Part shown: positions 43,796 through 51,408 of the stretch, one piece after another | Layout of the letters: every line of letters begins with the position of its first letter | How positions within the stretch are numbered: the stretch's first letter is position 1 | From: Eledone cirrhosa | Taxonomy: Eukaryota | Direction of reading: 5' to 3' | Length of the DNA stretch: 64,000 nt | Assembly: GCA_964016885.1 (NCBI GenBank) | Contig: OZ024750.1 | Span: 2,294,001-2,358,000 of the forward strand | The notes under the pieces: model-generated | Seen by the model: the letters and a program-made list of their open reading frames with translations, nothing else | Told to the model about the DNA's origin: nothing | Database searches by the model: none | Translations under genes and position numbers: made by a program

Positions 43796-46700
43796 TGGAA
43801 TTAATTTTTTAAAAATACATTATGTCATATATATGTGTGTGTGCGCGTGTGCGTTTGTGTGTGTTATATAAAACATTGTATTGCACACAAATGTTCGATG
43901 CTACATGAATTTCAAATGCTACATGGTACTTCCACTAACATCTTTATTGCCATCATTCTCTCCTACCACCTATAAATCACTCCATCACCAGCAAACATGT
44001 AGCTACTATTACTCTCTCCAGTAATATCTCTTCCATCATACATTCACTCAAATCTCTGCCACTCCTGTATTATTTAATCTCCTACTGCCACCCACTCTCT
44101 TTCTCTTACCAGGCTCTTTCAACTTTCCTTTTGTCTACTCACCCTGCTACTTCTTGTGTCAAGCTCCCCCTTGTATTCTCCCTCCTGGTCATGGACCTTG
44201 ACCGAGTGAAGGTAACGTCAGATAGGGAGTACCCCCTTAGTTGTGCAGGATTCAAGACTTATTAGTGTTGGTACTACAATAAACTGCACCCACTACACTT
44301 CTCTGTGTACATATCTCTAGTTTAGCATTACCCCCCTCCCTCTTTATATAAAGTGAGCGCGACAGATGGATGGACAGACAGCTCTCTTCTATAGAATACT
44401 ATACCCCTCCCTCTCTATTTGAATCATATCTTATGGCTCACCAATCTCTATCTCTTCTCTGCCATACCACTGGACATTCTCATTTTCTCCCTCCACTTCA
44501 CCACATATAGCTCAGTCATGCTACTGCTACCCACTCTCTCCACACTTCTACTGTTATCTATCTAATCTCCTGCCAACAGTCTACCATTCCATCTTCAGTG
44601 CCAACAGTCTACCATTCCATCTTTAGTGCCAACAGTCTACCATTCCATCTTTAGTGCCAACAGTCTACCATTCCATCTTTAGTACCAACATTTCATAGAC
44701 TTCATCATCATCATCATCATCACCATTTTACGTCCGTTCTTCCATGCTAGCATGGGTTAATTCCATTGAAACTAATTTTCACCAAAATAGATTTCTGAAA
44801 TTATTAAATATTTAAGAAACACTCCAAAATGAATTTTTAAACTACGTACTTTACGTGGTGAAGCAACTCCTTTCAGTTCGAGCTCTTCCTGCAGCCCTTT
44901 AAAATACAATCCGGATTTTTCTGAGACTAATGCATCATATAAAAATGATACATCCCTAAATTAAAAAATAAGCACTTCTTTACATTTCTAAAGATGTTTT
45001 TACAATATAGTTAATCTCTATCATATTAAAGATATTATTATCAAACTCTAAAAAAATGTTTATTTCTTTTGAAATTGCTCAAGTATTTTATTGTTTCATC
45101 ATCATCATCGTTTAACATTTATCTTCCACGCTAGCATGGGTTAGACAGGTTTGTCCCATTTAGAAGCAAGTTGGGTCAGGTGCTCGTGTCTCGCTCATGT
45201 AGAACTGTTTCTAGTTGCTTTTCTATGGCTGGATGCCTTTCCTAACGCCAACTACATTTACAGTGTGCGCTGGGTGCTTTTTACTGTGTCTCCTACACGA
45301 CCACTTTACAGTGTGGTCTGGGTGCTTTTTGTTGTTACACCTACATGACCACTTTACAGTGTGGACTGGGTGCTTTTTGTCATGGAACCTACGCAACCAC
45401 TCTACAGTGTGGACTGGGTGCTTTTTGTCATGGCACCTACACGACCACTCTACAGTGTGGACTGGGTGCTTTTTGTCATGGCACCTACACGACCACTCTA
45501 CAGTGTGGACTGGGTGCTTTTTGTCATGGCACCTACACGACCACTCTACAGTGTGGACTGGGTGCTTTTTTGTCATGGCACCTACACGACCACTCTACAG
45601 TGTGGACTGGGTGCTTTTTGTCATGGCACCCACACAACCACTCTACAGTGTGGACTTGTTGCTTTTTGTCATGGCACCTACACGACCACTCTACAGTGTG
45701 GACTGGGTGCTTTTTGTTGTGACACCCACACGACCACAGATAGTATTAGCAATTGGAAAGACCAAGGGAAATATTGTTTCCTCGGTCCAATTTGATAAGC
45801 TTCACCCCACTCGTTAAGCAAATGAAGTCTGGAATCTTGTCGATCGACTGTCAATATATATATATAATTACATATGGGTTTTTGTTTAGGGTTTCCATCT
45901 ACCAAATTCTTGTACTTACTTTCCAGCGCCACAGATGCACAGAGTGTCGTCCATGAGATGTTTGAACTTTTCTCTTCTTTTATGGTGCCAGACATTATCA
46001 GGCCGTTTTCTTGAGGTACCCTTGAAATTTATTAAGATTGCATATCAGTATTTCTATTTGTTATGATTGTGTAGTTTATGTAGTTAACAGCAGAGAAGAT
46101 TGTGTTGGTATGGACATGTGATGTGCATGGAGAAATGGCCGATGGGTGAAGAAATGCCAGGAAATCCCAGTGGAAGGAGACTGAAGTAGAGGACAACCAA
46201 GAAAGACCTGGGCAGAGGCTGTGAGAGCTGACCTCAAATCGCTAAGACTGGCAGAGGAGATGACAAAGGAACATGAGAGGAGATGTAGAAGGAACATGAC
46301 AAGTGGAGAGATGCTGTGCTGAGAAGGACTCATCCAACCCATGCAAGCATGAAAAAGTGGAGGTAAAAATGATGAAGAAGAATTCATGTCAACTTTATTC
46401 TACAAAGCTGTTTATTCAAAAACAAAACAAACTATTAAAGGGAATAAAAAAAAAGAACAAAAGAGAATGAAAAGAAGAAAAAAGAAAAAGAATGAAGCAA
46501 CGAAAGAAAGGGAGAAAGAGCGGAACAGATACTACAGCCTAGTCCAATTATTGCCTCAGCAAAGATAAAGGTAATACTGCAGCAAATGGCAAAGGTAATA
46601 CCGCAGCAAATGGCCACGGACATACAAAGCAACAGCCACCCCACCTCAAGGGGCTTCTTCCTAGTGACAAAGAAAAATATCATTGCTAATGATATGTTCT

Positions 46701-47205
46701 AGATTTGTTTGATCAGAAGACTACAGGACTCATCTTTATACTCTTTATATATATATAAGAATTAGAGATGTCAACATGAATGGACCTGTTATTTTTATCT
46801 AAAGACATTTTTTCCTATTCCAACCCGCCCATCCCTTCAATCTATCTTATTTCTCATTCTTTCTTATTTCAAAACGTTAAGACCCTCTTCCTGCTATATC
46901 AAGCCTTAACCTAATATATCGCTTCCATATACTGTACCAATTGTGTTGTTATTTCTGTTTACCATTTACATACATATATATATATATATTTAAAAGTTAA
47001 ACAAGGTTCAATGAATACATCAAAGAATGAGTTTTACAATAGATTACCATGACTGAATCTTAACCATCTACTATGTCAGGGTATGTCATGCATCATCTTA
47101 TTTTATCTGATGAGGACGTACTGTTGAACTTAACTCAGTACCTCTGAAATATGTATAATAAAATATACTTGATCACAAGAATATCTATTTTGTTAATATT
47201 TTGAA

Positions 47206-47261
<56 letters not shown>

Positions 47262-48521
47262 TATATTTATATAGAAATTAAATGTTAGAGAAACAATACC
47301 AAATTCTTAGTAGTGAAGGGGACAGTGTGCAGAATTGTACTCTTTATATATACAAAAATAATACCCTTTATATATAAATAAAAAACATTTCTTTCTACTT
47401 ACAGTTAACCGTTTGATACTGCTTCCTGACCTTACTGTGTCTGCAGGAGGGTGCTCTTGCTTAGACAAAGCAAACACAATTTCTTCAGGCAAATAATAAT
47501 TTTCTGTTTTAGGGAGATGCTCATAGCCAGGAATATCTTCTGTTGAAAAAATAACATATTTTTTTTACAATACCAATTATCCAATTGATTCATGTCAGAA
47601 GGGGTTTGTTTTTCTGATGGTATGTCGGAAATAGAAGGAAAATTTATATATAACTCCTTGATATTGCCAGACTATTTAAATTGTGACTGTAACAGTGGTT
47701 GATAGTATTACTATTTTCTATTTTATTTTCTTTCTTTTAATCTTTTCGAAATTAAGAAACTCCATGTGTCCAAAAACCTTCTCCTCGGGACACAGATTTC
47801 GAAAATCAAATCCATTCCCTTCTAGGATGCACTCTTTCAGAGCCTTTAAGTGACATATACACAAACATATATATATACAAACATATATACATACACAAAC
47901 ATATATATACAAACATATATACATACACACATACATATATATATATATACAAACATATATACATACACACATACATATATATACAAACATATATACATAC
48001 ACACATACATATACACAAACATATATATACAAACATATATACATACACACATACATATATATACAAACATATATACATACACACATACATATATATACAA
48101 ACATATATACATACACATATACACTCTCAAATATATACTAGATATAATTCAAGAACTCTTGAAAATAACAACACTTTTTACCCTTTAATGTTCAAACCGG
48201 CCAAAACTGGCCAGATTTCTCTATCTCTTTCTGTTGAAACTGGTTGTAACTGGTCACTCAAACTGATGTTAAGGTATTGTTCTCAAAATAAATACTTTCA
48301 AAAACTCATAGATTCGATATTATGTGAGATAATTATGTGAGATAAAGCCTTTACCATGAAAATATAATAGTATATATAGAGTAATGTAAATGCTAAAGGG
48401 TTAAACCCAAACATTTTGTAGCATGAAAAACAACCATGAACTAGAAAACAAATCATAAGAAAATACCTCTTGACTTCTCTCCATGAGTTTTTTCTTTCGT
48501 GTTTTTTGTTTCAGAAGACAT
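9811..48521 (-). CDS. AXDND1: Axonemal dynein light chain domain-containing protein 1 homologue, 25 coding exons, 3330 nt / about 1109 aa
   Basis: All exons are GT-AG and phase-consistent. Motifs [76 protein letters not shown] and ERDLW match vertebrate AXDND1 as I recall it. AATAAA on the - strand at 9740-9745. Confidence 0.9.
11259..11362 (-). CDS. AXDND1: AXDND1 coding exon 24 ([34 protein letters not shown])
   Basis: ttgtag / gtaagt, phase 0-2. Confidence 0.88.
11410..11850 (-). mobile_element. CR1 LINE 3' fragment with a 61-bp internal duplication
   Basis: Homologous to 872-1497. Confidence 0.85.
12686..12769 (-). CDS. AXDND1: AXDND1 coding exon 23 ([28 protein letters not shown])
   Basis: acttag / gtaagt, phase 0-0; IG.D motif. 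Confidence 0.85.
13537..13756. mobile_element. piggyBac-like MITE (about 220 bp), reference copy
   Basis: TTAA flanks and TIR CCCTTTAGCATTT...AAATGCTAAAGGG. Other copies at about 12065-12272, 15855-16041, 32799-33019, 34884-35102 and 48181-48400. Confidence 0.85.
13946..14311 (-). CDS. AXDND1: AXDND1 coding exon 22 ([16 protein letters not shown]...STIIE), E/K-rich
   Basis: ttacag / gtaaga, phase 0-0, 122 open codons. Confidence 0.8.
15025..15225 (-). CDS. AXDND1: AXDND1 coding exon 21 ([18 protein letters not shown]...FQIP)
   Basis: tttcag / gtaatt, phase 0-0; C..WI.T..LLS motif. Confidence 0.88.
16138..16213 (-). CDS. AXDND1: AXDND1 coding exon 20 ([25 protein letters not shown])
   Basis: ttatag / gtaaga, phase 2-0. 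Confidence 0.85.
16824..17666. mobile_element. piggyBac-like MITE with internal 60/72-bp tandem array (about 10 units)
   Basis: MITE ends retained; unit catttacattactctatatatactattgtattttc...ctcacataa is repeated. Confidence 0.8.
18448..18568. repeat. Inverted repeat with 60-bp arms and a 1-nt spacer
   Basis: Centre ctggactc-t-gagtccag at 18508; about 8 mismatches in 60. Confidence 0.9.
20100..21440. repeat. 49-bp minisatellite (about 27 units) derived from a SINE/LINE tail segment
   Basis: Unit gtaaaaaggctcccagtccacactgtaaggtggtcacgtaggagacac(a/g), followed by ggttggtgttaggaag. Confidence 0.95.
22211..22401 (-). CDS. AXDND1: AXDND1 coding exon 19 ([19 protein letters not shown]...GKIA)
   Basis: caaaag / gtaact, phase 0-2. 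Confidence 0.85.
23297..23352 (+). ncRNA. Degenerate type I hammerhead ribozyme motif
   Basis: tcatt-CTGATGA-ca-gaaagcaga/tttgctttc-aa-GAAA-ccactgg-TA-aatga; the base of stem II is mismatched. Confidence 0.45.
24340..24433 (-). CDS. AXDND1: AXDND1 coding exon 18 ([31 protein letters not shown])
   Basis: tttcag / gtactt, phase 2-0. Confidence 0.85.
24568..26133. mobile_element. piggyBac-like MITE with internal 72-bp tandem array (about 20 units)
   Basis: Same unit as the 16.8 kb array; MITE right half intact at 25990-26133. Confidence 0.85.
26353..26838 (+). mobile_element. Non-autonomous Helitron
   Basis: A|TCTAAACTATAATAAA 5' end; 3' palindrome at 26801-26838 ending CTAG|T. Confidence 0.6.
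27189..27405 (-). CDS. AXDND1: AXDND1 coding exon 17 ([15 protein letters not shown]...RENS)
   Basis: atatag / gtgaga, phase 1-2. Confidence 0.88.
27933..27984 (-). CDS. AXDND1: AXDND1 coding exon 16 ([17 protein letters not shown])
   Basis: ttacag / gtacca, phase 0-1; GENG motif. Confidence 0.85.
29794..29976 (-). CDS. AXDND1: AXDND1 coding exon 15 ([20 protein letters not shown]...KKMTE)
   Basis: gaacag / gttagt, phase 0-0. Confidence 0.85.
30665..31285. repeat. 20-bp minisatellite (ctgtctaatgttagcaacac), about 31 units
   Basis: Directly visible; variant units recur 280 bp apart. Confidence 0.95.
31941..32019 (-). CDS. AXDND1: AXDND1 coding exon 14 ([26 protein letters not shown])
   Basis: tttcag / gttact, phase 2-0. 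Confidence 0.85.
32799..33019. mobile_element. piggyBac-like MITE copy
   Basis: TTAA flanks; same family. Confidence 0.8.
33062..33330 (-). CDS. AXDND1: AXDND1 coding exon 13 ([20 protein letters not shown]...FKNNY)
   Basis: cactag / gtaagt, phase 0-2. Confidence 0.9.
33405..33685. repeat. (TGG/TGA)n trinucleotide low-complexity tract
   Basis: Directly visible; extends the tail of a SINE/LINE 3' end. Confidence 0.9.
33896..34054 (-). CDS. AXDND1: AXDND1 coding exon 12 ([30 protein letters not shown]...NIAIK)
   Basis: cttcag / gtgagt, phase 0-0. Confidence 0.92.
34407..34625 (+). mobile_element. tRNA-derived SINE with Nin/Deu-like domain; copies at 62859-63068(+), 62206-62320(+), 8138-8305(-), 7820-7965(-), 35455-35545
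   Basis: TGGCAGTATCGGTAGAG...GAGTTCAAATCC...TTTGCCTTTCATCC...GGGGTCGATAAAATAAAG.ACCAG. Confidence 0.75.
34884..35102. mobile_element. piggyBac-like MITE copy, opposite orientation
   Basis: TTAA|CCCTTTAGCATTT...AAATGCTAAAGGG|TTAA. Confidence 0.85.
35157..35223 (-). CDS. AXDND1: AXDND1 coding exon 11 ([22 protein letters not shown])
   Basis: tttcag / gtaaga, phase 2-0. Confidence 0.88.
36543..36635 (-). CDS. AXDND1: AXDND1 coding exon 10 ([30 protein letters not shown])
   Basis: atgcag / gtaagt, phase 2-2. Confidence 0.9.
36982..38685. mobile_element. piggyBac-like MITE with short 72-bp array, split by the Helitron
   Basis: Left part 36982-37422; right TIR at 38662-38685 followed by TTAA. 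Confidence 0.8.
37423..38661 (-). mobile_element. Non-autonomous Helitron, composite / fold-back
   Basis: On the - strand A|TC...hairpin-CTAG|T with no TSD. Removing it restores the host MITE sequence caatagtatata|tagagtaat. Subterminal hairpin cccggcgttgctcggg at 37435-37450; (CTGT)n near the internal 5' ends. Confidence 0.85.
38771..38865 (-). CDS. AXDND1: AXDND1 coding exon 9 ([31 protein letters not shown])
   Basis: ttctag / gtaatg, phase 0-2; CxERG motif. Confidence 0.92.
39659..39733 (-). CDS. AXDND1: AXDND1 coding exon 8 ([25 protein letters not shown])
   Basis: ttgtag / gtgacc, phase 0-0. Confidence 0.92.
39899..40007 (-). CDS. AXDND1: AXDND1 coding exon 7 ([19 protein letters not shown]...STQ)
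   Basis: ttctag / gtaatg, phase 2-0; start of the Ax_dynein_light-like domain. Confidence 0.9.
40938..40994 (-). CDS. AXDND1: AXDND1 coding exon 6 ([18 protein letters not shown])
   Basis: caatag / gtaagt, phase 2-2. Confidence 0.85.
41355..41694 (+). mobile_element. RTE LINE 3' fragment; related pieces at about 10430-10597, 12830-13128, 16530-16800(-), 46090-46380, 48650-48827, 63425-63570(-)
   Basis: [21 protein letters not shown]...RGRPRKTW followed by a (GAT)n tail. Confidence 0.85.
42158..42430. repeat. 11-bp AT-rich minisatellite (tttaatatatg)n
   Basis: Directly visible. Confidence 0.9.
42935..43468 (+). mobile_element. CR1 LINE 3' fragment with the same 61-bp internal duplication
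   Basis: ORF 42956-43246 homologous to 1031-1477; (ATT)n tail. Confidence 0.88.
43646..43722 (-). CDS. AXDND1: AXDND1 coding exon 5 ([25 protein letters not shown])
   Basis: ttccag / gtaaga, phase 0-2. Confidence 0.9.
44850..44955 (-). CDS. AXDND1: AXDND1 coding exon 4 ([13 protein letters not shown]...SPRK)
   Basis: tttag / gtacgt, phase 2-0. Confidence 0.9.
45250..45737. repeat. 48-bp minisatellite (about 10 units), same ancestral segment
   Basis: Unit tacagtgtggactgggtgctttttgtcatggcacctacacgaccactc. Confidence 0.95.
45920..46020 (-). CDS. AXDND1: AXDND1 coding exon 3 ([33 protein letters not shown])
   Basis: ttcaag / gtaagt, phase 0-2, conserved VWHH motif. Confidence 0.9.
47099..47165 (+). 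ncRNA. Type I hammerhead ribozyme motif (Penelope/retrozyme-like)
   Basis: tattttat-CTGATGA-stem II (ggacgtactg/cagtacctct, 9 of 10 pairs)-GAAA-tatgta-TA-ataaaata; 8-bp stem I. Confidence 0.65.
47403..47539 (-). CDS. AXDND1: AXDND1 coding exon 2 ([25 protein letters not shown]...KRLT)
   Basis: caacag / gtaagt, phase 1-0. Confidence 0.85.
47855..48125. repeat. (CA/TA)n compound microsatellite
   Basis: Directly visible. Confidence 0.9.
48181..48400. mobile_element. piggyBac-like MITE copy
   Basis: Same internal sequence and TIRs as 13537-13756. Confidence 0.8.
48467..48521 (-). CDS. AXDND1: AXDND1 coding exon 1 ([18 protein letters not shown]); exon starts at 48556
   Basis: ttattcag acceptor, ATG at 48521-48519, gtattt donor, phase 1. 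Confidence 0.7.
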
Positions 48522-49314
48522 TCTTGAAAGATAAGTGGATGTTTAGCAACAATAGTCTGAATAATGAAATAAATAAATAATAATTAACTATATGAGAAAC
48601 AGCATTTGTTATTGAGGGATGATTCAGTTTAATTATATTAAAAAAATATCAGTTGAAGGAAGACCACGAAAAACATGGGCAGAGGTGGTGAGAGCAAACC
48701 TCAGATTGCTGCAGCTCACAGAGGAGATGACAAAGGACCGTGACAAGTGGAGAGATGCTGTACTGAATAAGACCCGTCCCACCCTTGCAAGCAGGAAAAA
48801 GCAGACGTAAAATGATGATGATGATGAACGTCATCATCGTCGTCGTTTTTACGTCCGTTTTTCCAAGCTTTCGGTTGGACAGATCCTTTTCAGCACATCT
48901 CTGCAATTGTCTTCTGATAGGACCCACTAAAAGGCAAGTTTCAGAACTCTGCAGGCACGCCCCCTTCCAGAAATAAGTAGGTGTAGAAGGAGGAAGATAA
49001 GCCGGGGGAGGGGCTAATGATAGGTTCAAATAACTATCACCTATAATTTTCTTCATATTAGGAAAATCTGTAAGACTTTATCTTTCACTGAGAAATCCTG
49101 GAAATATGCTGGATCAACAATTTCATCACATCATATTCACAACACTTGTTTGGATATGCAAGCCAGTGGAGTGCCGTCCAAGTACATAGAAAATAGCAAC
49201 GGTAATGATGTGAAACCAGCCATAGAAGGGTAGAAATCGTGCAATATTAACTACTAAAATGGTAGTTATAGTCAATCAATTTAACTACCAAGGGAAATAA
49301 ATCTTGATACATAC

Positions 49315-49398
49315 GAATTTTTCCCCCTTCGTTCGTTACTTAATTCCGTTTAATACTTATGGCAAATCTGTCAGATCTCTACTTGGCTACTCAACCAG
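49315..49398 (-). other. AXDND1: Probable non-coding 5' UTR exon of AXDND1
   Basis: tttttag acceptor and gtatgt donor; no ATG. Confidence 0.45.
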
Positions 49399-51225
49399 CT
49401 AAAAATACTTCGAAACACCAATGTCTCCTCCCCAAATCACACCAACAACTTTATAATGAGACATTTCTAACGAAAAAGAACGAAGGCAGGATAAAATGAA
49501 AATGTGAACTTCGTATACCCACGATAATTTGCATTGTTGCAGCAGATGATAATTATGTGTACGAGTGTGTAAGTGAGAGAGAGAGAGTGTGCGTGTGCGA
49601 GAGAGAGAGAGTATGTGTGTGTGGGTGAAATCAGTAGACGAAAAATTGATAAAGCCTATTGTATATCTACATGGATATAATATGATGCACATATATCAAA
49701 CATTACAGCTATACGTGTTTATGTGTGTGTATAAGTGTCTGTGTTTACGTTTATTGATTGCTTATGTATCGTAATATAAGTCCTACCTTACAAAAAAAAT
49801 CCTTAAAATAACTACTTGTGCCAATGTAATGGAGTAAACCCTCTTAGACGGTGCTCCGCCATGGCCTCGGTCTAATGTCAGAGACCTTATAATCAAAACA
49901 CTGTAAATATATTCGAGTGAGCAGAGTACTCTACAAAGACCGGGATTCTAGCAGAGTGTATCCTTTATAAGCAGCGGTGTCAGGTGATACTCGGCTGGAT
50001 TAACTAGAATTGATGGCCCTTACCCTTTGTCCGTTGGTAAGAGGCAGATGTCTCATCTGGGACACCTCAGTGTGTGACTCTTTTGCTCCCTCCAACATCA
50101 TGGATGCCGCATTATTTGTGAGCATAACTGCTTCCGTTACCGAATGAAATAAAATCCTAAAATACCAGGAACTATCAAATAACTATTTATTCCAGCCTGT
50201 CATGTTCGAGACGTTTGGTGGAGCTAGGTCGCTAACAGCAAAATTCATGTCATCATTAGCGGCTCGCCTTACCGAGGTGTCAGGCGATGCCCGTGAGGGG
50301 GACTGGTTGTTTCAGCGTCATGGCCTCACTATCAACCTGCAGTAATGCTGAGAGCTTGCTGGCTTGCCACGAAAATTCCCGTTGACCCTTAGTGTTAAAT
50401 TGAAGGGGTTTTTTTTTTGTTTGTTTGTTTTGTTCCATCGTGATCCAGATTTCAACAAATTATTTTTTACCATTAAAGTGTAGTAAGTTTAACAATCAAG
50501 GGGAAGTAAATCCAGACTCATACAGAATAAGGTCTGTATGATTTATTTCCCTTATATCGGTACTTAAAAACAAGGATGCATGGTTGTTTCAGCGCCTTGG
50601 CCTCGCCATCACCCTGGTAACGTTGCCAGCGTGTTAGCTTGTCTCAAAAATGATCGTTGACCCTTGTGATGTGATGTGCGGCCGATTGTCACACTGGGTG
50701 GTGAATTGATGGCCGTTTTTGTTTCCCCCTTTTTTCTTTCTCTCGCTTTGATGATATATTTTAGTATGTAGTATTATTTATAAGATTCATAGTTAATTGT
50801 ATTTATTATATGTGTTCATATTTGTCTTCTAAAAGAATTGTAAACGATTTGTAATGTTATTTATACAACTGTGAATACAAAATATTGACTATTTAGTTTA
50901 GAAGTTGCCACACAACACTCGACCAGCTATGTGGGAAAAAGGGGGTAGACAAACTCTACATCCCTATCTAGGCGATATAAAACGGCGAAGGCATATCTCC
51001 TGGAAGAGCCAGCTACACCTGCTGCATCAGCCACTCCCATATGAGAAGTTCTTTCATCAGGACGGATGCATTCCTCTTAAGTTTGAGGAAGAAAATGACA
51101 GTTCGGGAACCGAAAACATCAGAGATCTCGTAACTTAGTCTTTTTTTCAAAATACATATCTGGGTGGAAATAAAATTTACCAAAATCCCAGAAAATTTAA
51201 TTTTAATTAAGAATAAATAACTCAC

Positions 51226-51317
51226 CTTGATATTATTGATTACACGTTGCTATGGCGATTGAAAACGGAAGCTTTTAGCAACACTTCCGGTTCTTTTACT
51301 CAATTTTAAATGGCGGC
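51226..51317. promoter_or_regulatory. Bidirectional promoter: AXDND1 first (UTR) exon donor and SURF2 start
   Basis: Strong - strand donor caag|gtgagt at 51226/51225. X-box-like GTTGCTATGGCGAT at 51246-51259. ETS cores CGGAAG at 51266-51271 and ACTTCCGG at 51283-51290. YY1-like AAATGGCGGC at 51308-51317 over the SURF2 ATG. Confidence 0.7.
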
Positions 51318-51408
51318 TGATACATTTAAATCAGCGAAACTTTCTGCTGAGGTTCAAGAAATTCTGTCAAAAAATAGCCACTTGAAGTATTTACCTGATA
51401 ATGGCAAG
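51310..51408 (+). CDS. SURF2: SURF2 exon 1 (MAADTFKSAKLSAEVQEILSKNSHLKYLPDNGK)
   Basis: ATG in aaaATGG context; aag|gtatat donor, phase 0. Confidence 0.88.
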
